Assembly (NCBI GenBank): GCA_965248435.1
Contig: OZ252100.1
Span: 1,408,001 to 1,472,000 of the forward strand
Direction of reading: 5' to 3'
Length of the DNA stretch: 64,000 bases
Source: Candidatus Latescibacterota bacterium
GTDB taxonomy: Bacteria > Latescibacterota > UBA2968 > GCA-2709665
Made by a program: the position numbers and the translations under genes. A model generated the notes under the pieces. It worked only from the letters and a program-made list of their open reading frames with translations. It searched no databases and was not told where the DNA came from. Positions 61,517 through 64,000 of the stretch are shown piece after piece. Numbering within the stretch: the first letter of the stretch is position 1; every line of letters begins with the position of its first letter.

Positions 61517-61807
61517 TTAGGAGCGCCTCTGGCCGCCCGGTCTTTCTCCCCCTCGACGCCCCTCGGGGCGAGGCTTCGCTTCATTAACGGTGAGCGTACT
61601 TCCCTTCAACTCATTCCCGTTCAGGCCCTCCATCGCGGACTGGGCTTCAGCCTCGGCGGGCATCTCTACGAATCCAAATCCCCTCGATTCTTTGGTGAAC
61701 TTATCCGTTATGACATTTGCGGATGCGACCTGACCGAACGCTTCAAACGCTTGTCGTAAGTCGTCTTCGCTGACCTCGGGAGACAAGCTCCCCACGTAGA
61801 TATTCAT
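61517..61807 (-). CDS. RRM RNA-binding protein
   Basis: IYVGSL (RNP2), RGFGFVEM (RNP1), VNEAKPR. Confidence 0.96.
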   Translation of the reverse strand: MNIYVGSLSPEVSEDDLRQAFEAFGQVASANVITDKFTKESRGFGFVEMPAEAEAQSAMEGLNGNELKGSTLTVNEAKPRPEGRRGGERPGGQRRS

Positions 61808-62220
61808 TTTGGACCCCTTCTTGTCGTGAAGCTTATGAGGTGCAAATCAACGGAATAACCGCTCCAACCGACGTGCTATGAGCTTGCTATCAGGACCCAT
61901 AGCATTACCAATCTTGTAATGTCCGTGGTTTTCCTCCGCGTGGCGCGATTGGTGGATGCTCACGAAGCAATTCGAAACGTGTAGAAACGTGCCCCCTCCA
62001 GGACCACCCGCAGTCGGATCACACGCCGGTTTACCTCCTCCAGCAGGGTGTCATCGACAAGCAGTTCACGACGGGAACCGATATCCACTGTGTTCTGCTG
62101 TTTCACTTCATACCCTCGTGGGTATTCGATTGCAAAGCATGTTTCTCTAGTGAGCTACACTGAAACCCGCGGCCAACCTGGATCCGCCGCACCCCAGACC
62201 AGGCTGCGTGTGTGTTGGGA

Positions 62221-62898
62221 CTACTGTTGAGGCGACAACGATTGATAAGTTTCCACGAGTCTTTCCAGAAACTCTGGATCAATTACGGCGCCCCTTATTC
62301 CATTCACAATGAACTGAACGCCTACACATAGCAAGAGAAATCCCATGATTTTTGTCATAACGTTCATCCCGTTTGCGCCCATGAAATTCACAATCTTTGT
62401 GGCACCTTGGAGAACAAAGAAACAGATGAGGCAGACGAACAATATTCCCGATAAAATTGCGATGTAATCCAGCCAATGCTCCACCAGAGAAGTGAGACCG
62501 ATGGTTACGGCAATTGCACCTGGTCCGCTCAGGCTGGGCATGGCCAGAGGTGTAAAGGAGACGTCTCTCTTATGGATGGACTCCTCCTCCTCTTCTGCCG
62601 TTTGTTCGTCCTCTCGTGAAGGGTTCAGCATCTTGATGGCAATACTACCTACCATGATCCCACCGGCGATGCGTAGCCCGGAAACCGAAATACCGAAGAA
62701 ATTGAGTATCACTGTCCCGGCAACCGTGAAGACGAGCAGAATCGCAAACATGTAGACAATGCCTTGCCTGACCTGGTGTGCCCGCCTCTCATCTGAATCT
62801 CCCTGAGTAATCGCAAGGAGCACCGGTGCCGTGCTGAAAGGATTGGCAATGGGAAAGAGCGCAACGAAGGTACTCAGAGCCAGCTCTATGTTGAACAT
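62221..62898 (-). CDS. marC: MarC family membrane protein
   Basis: FFGIS...RIAGG, PLAMP.LSGPGAIA, KIMGFLL..GVQF. Confidence 0.92.
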   Translation of the reverse strand: MFNIELALSTFVALFPIANPFSTAPVLLAITQGDSDERRAHQVRQGIVYMFAILLVFTVAGTVILNFFGISVSGLRIAGGIMVGSIAIKMLNPSREDEQTAEEEEESIHKRDVSFTPLAMPSLSGPGAIAVTIGLTSLVEHWLDYIAILSGILFVCLICFFVLQGATKIVNFMGANGMNVMTKIMGFLLLCVGVQFIVNGIRGAVIDPEFLERLVETYQSLSPQQ

Positions 62899-62933
62899 TC
62901 CGGACCTCCCGTGTAAACCATCTGTGGTCCTCC

Positions 62934-62982
62934 AAAAAAAAGACCCAGAGGGCCATCCTGTGGGCCAGGATGCATCTGGATC
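62934..62982 (-). terminator. intrinsic terminator in the marC leader (possible attenuator)
   Basis: minus strand gatccaga..catcctg-gccca-caggatg..tctgggtc-T8, ending 35 nt before the marC ATG. Confidence 0.7.
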
Positions 62983-63246
62983 AAATCAAAGCCTGCATGG
63001 GCAACGACCTCTACTGACGCACTTCCTCTAAGTCCGCTTCGGAAATACTCTTGACGCCGCCAGGTAGCAAGCTGCGACGCTTCGTGAGCCTTGTCAAGCT
63101 TTTTGGGCTATGCTGCTTCCTTTTCGACTTTATTTGTCGTCGCGTTGAATCTCGATTGCAGCCCTCCGTTGGTAGGCTGCCGCTGAGGTTTGATGGTTGG
63201 TTTCACTCAACCCTCCCCCTCACTTCCTTCGTCCCTTTGAAAGGAT

Positions 63247-63831
63247 TCATTCCCGACCGCCATTGCTGCGAAGCAGATCGGCGATCTCTGTATACCCTTT
63301 CTCGACTGCTATTGCAAGCGGAGTCTTCTCTTCGAAGTTCAGCGTGTTGATGTCGGTTACACCGTTCTCGACAAGCCATCCGACCATCGACGTGTGTCCC
63401 AACTGGGTCGCGGCCTGCAGTGCCCGATTCTTGTCGGCTGGGGATCCGGCTTTCTCCAGCGCTTCGGCAAGTTCGACCTTGCCGGACAGCGCGACGTGAT
63501 ACATCAATGAAATTCGGTGCACCCCCGGGATGTTGATGACAGCCGGATCCGAAGCGATGAACGACTTCACAAGTTCGACATCTCCCAGCATCGCGGCGCA
63601 GAAGACCGTCTGCGTGGCGCCATTAGACAGCAGGTATTCTGCAACTTCGCGATTACCCACGTGTCCAGCGGCTTCCAGGCCAGACTCCCATTCACCGCCT
63701 CCCCAATCCCAGGAGGCACGGATGAGGTTAGATTCTTCCTTGTGCAGGGCCTCGACCTTTTCAAAGTTTCCGTGCGAGGCCATCACGAACTCTCTCACAA
63801 GATCTGGATTTAGGGGTTCCTTTGAGGACAT
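63247..63831 (-). CDS. ankyrin-repeat protein
   Basis: FVMASHGN, WES.LEAAGHVG, TPLAIAVEKGY. Confidence 0.9.
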   Translation of the reverse strand: MSSKEPLNPDLVREFVMASHGNFEKVEALHKEESNLIRASWDWGGGEWESGLEAAGHVGNREVAEYLLSNGATQTVFCAAMLGDVELVKSFIASDPAVINIPGVHRISLMYHVALSGKVELAEALEKAGSPADKNRALQAATQLGHTSMVGWLVENGVTDINTLNFEEKTPLAIAVEKGYTEIADLLRSNGGRE

Positions 63832-63871
63832 CTTATCTGTTCTCCATAGTTGAGGGGTTGACATTGAAACA

Positions 63872-64000
63872 AATCCCCCCTACCCCCTCCCTCGGCAAGC
63901 TCGGGACATGCTTTTCCAAAGGGGGAAGGTCGCTCTTTGTAAAAGAGTACCCATTCTGAAATAGATTCTTCCCCCTTTCCTAAAGGGGGACTGAGGGGGA
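63872..64000. repeat. REP-like palindromic repeat, same family as 349-441
   Basis: aaatcccccc...aaaggggg...cccccttt..aaagggggactgaggggga. Confidence 0.75.

Overview
Bacterial, mostly GC-rich and metabolically mosaic window. It carries sugar/acid-catabolism-type hydrolases, PhyH dioxygenases, aldo-keto reductases, prs, slyD, modA and a czcCBA-type efflux operon, interspersed with many truncated or chimeric gene fragments and short palindromic repeats. The main structure is a ~14 kb minus-strand gene-cassette array (27554-41637) with eight attC-like sites. These sites are atypical: branched hairpins, and cassette ends that match over ~17-21 bp. No canonical IntI is present in the window. The first unit of the array is a tyrosine recombinase + IS91-type Y2 transposase pair that is itself built like a cassette. 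An IS110 element is inserted exactly at one cassette crossover core, and its upstream non-coding region folds like a bridge RNA whose loops match both the target junction and the element's circle junction. Cassette cargo includes an APH(3')-like kinase, a 3.3 kb mosaic sensor kinase and an inverted PhyH gene. All alignments and counts were done by eye; no searches were run.
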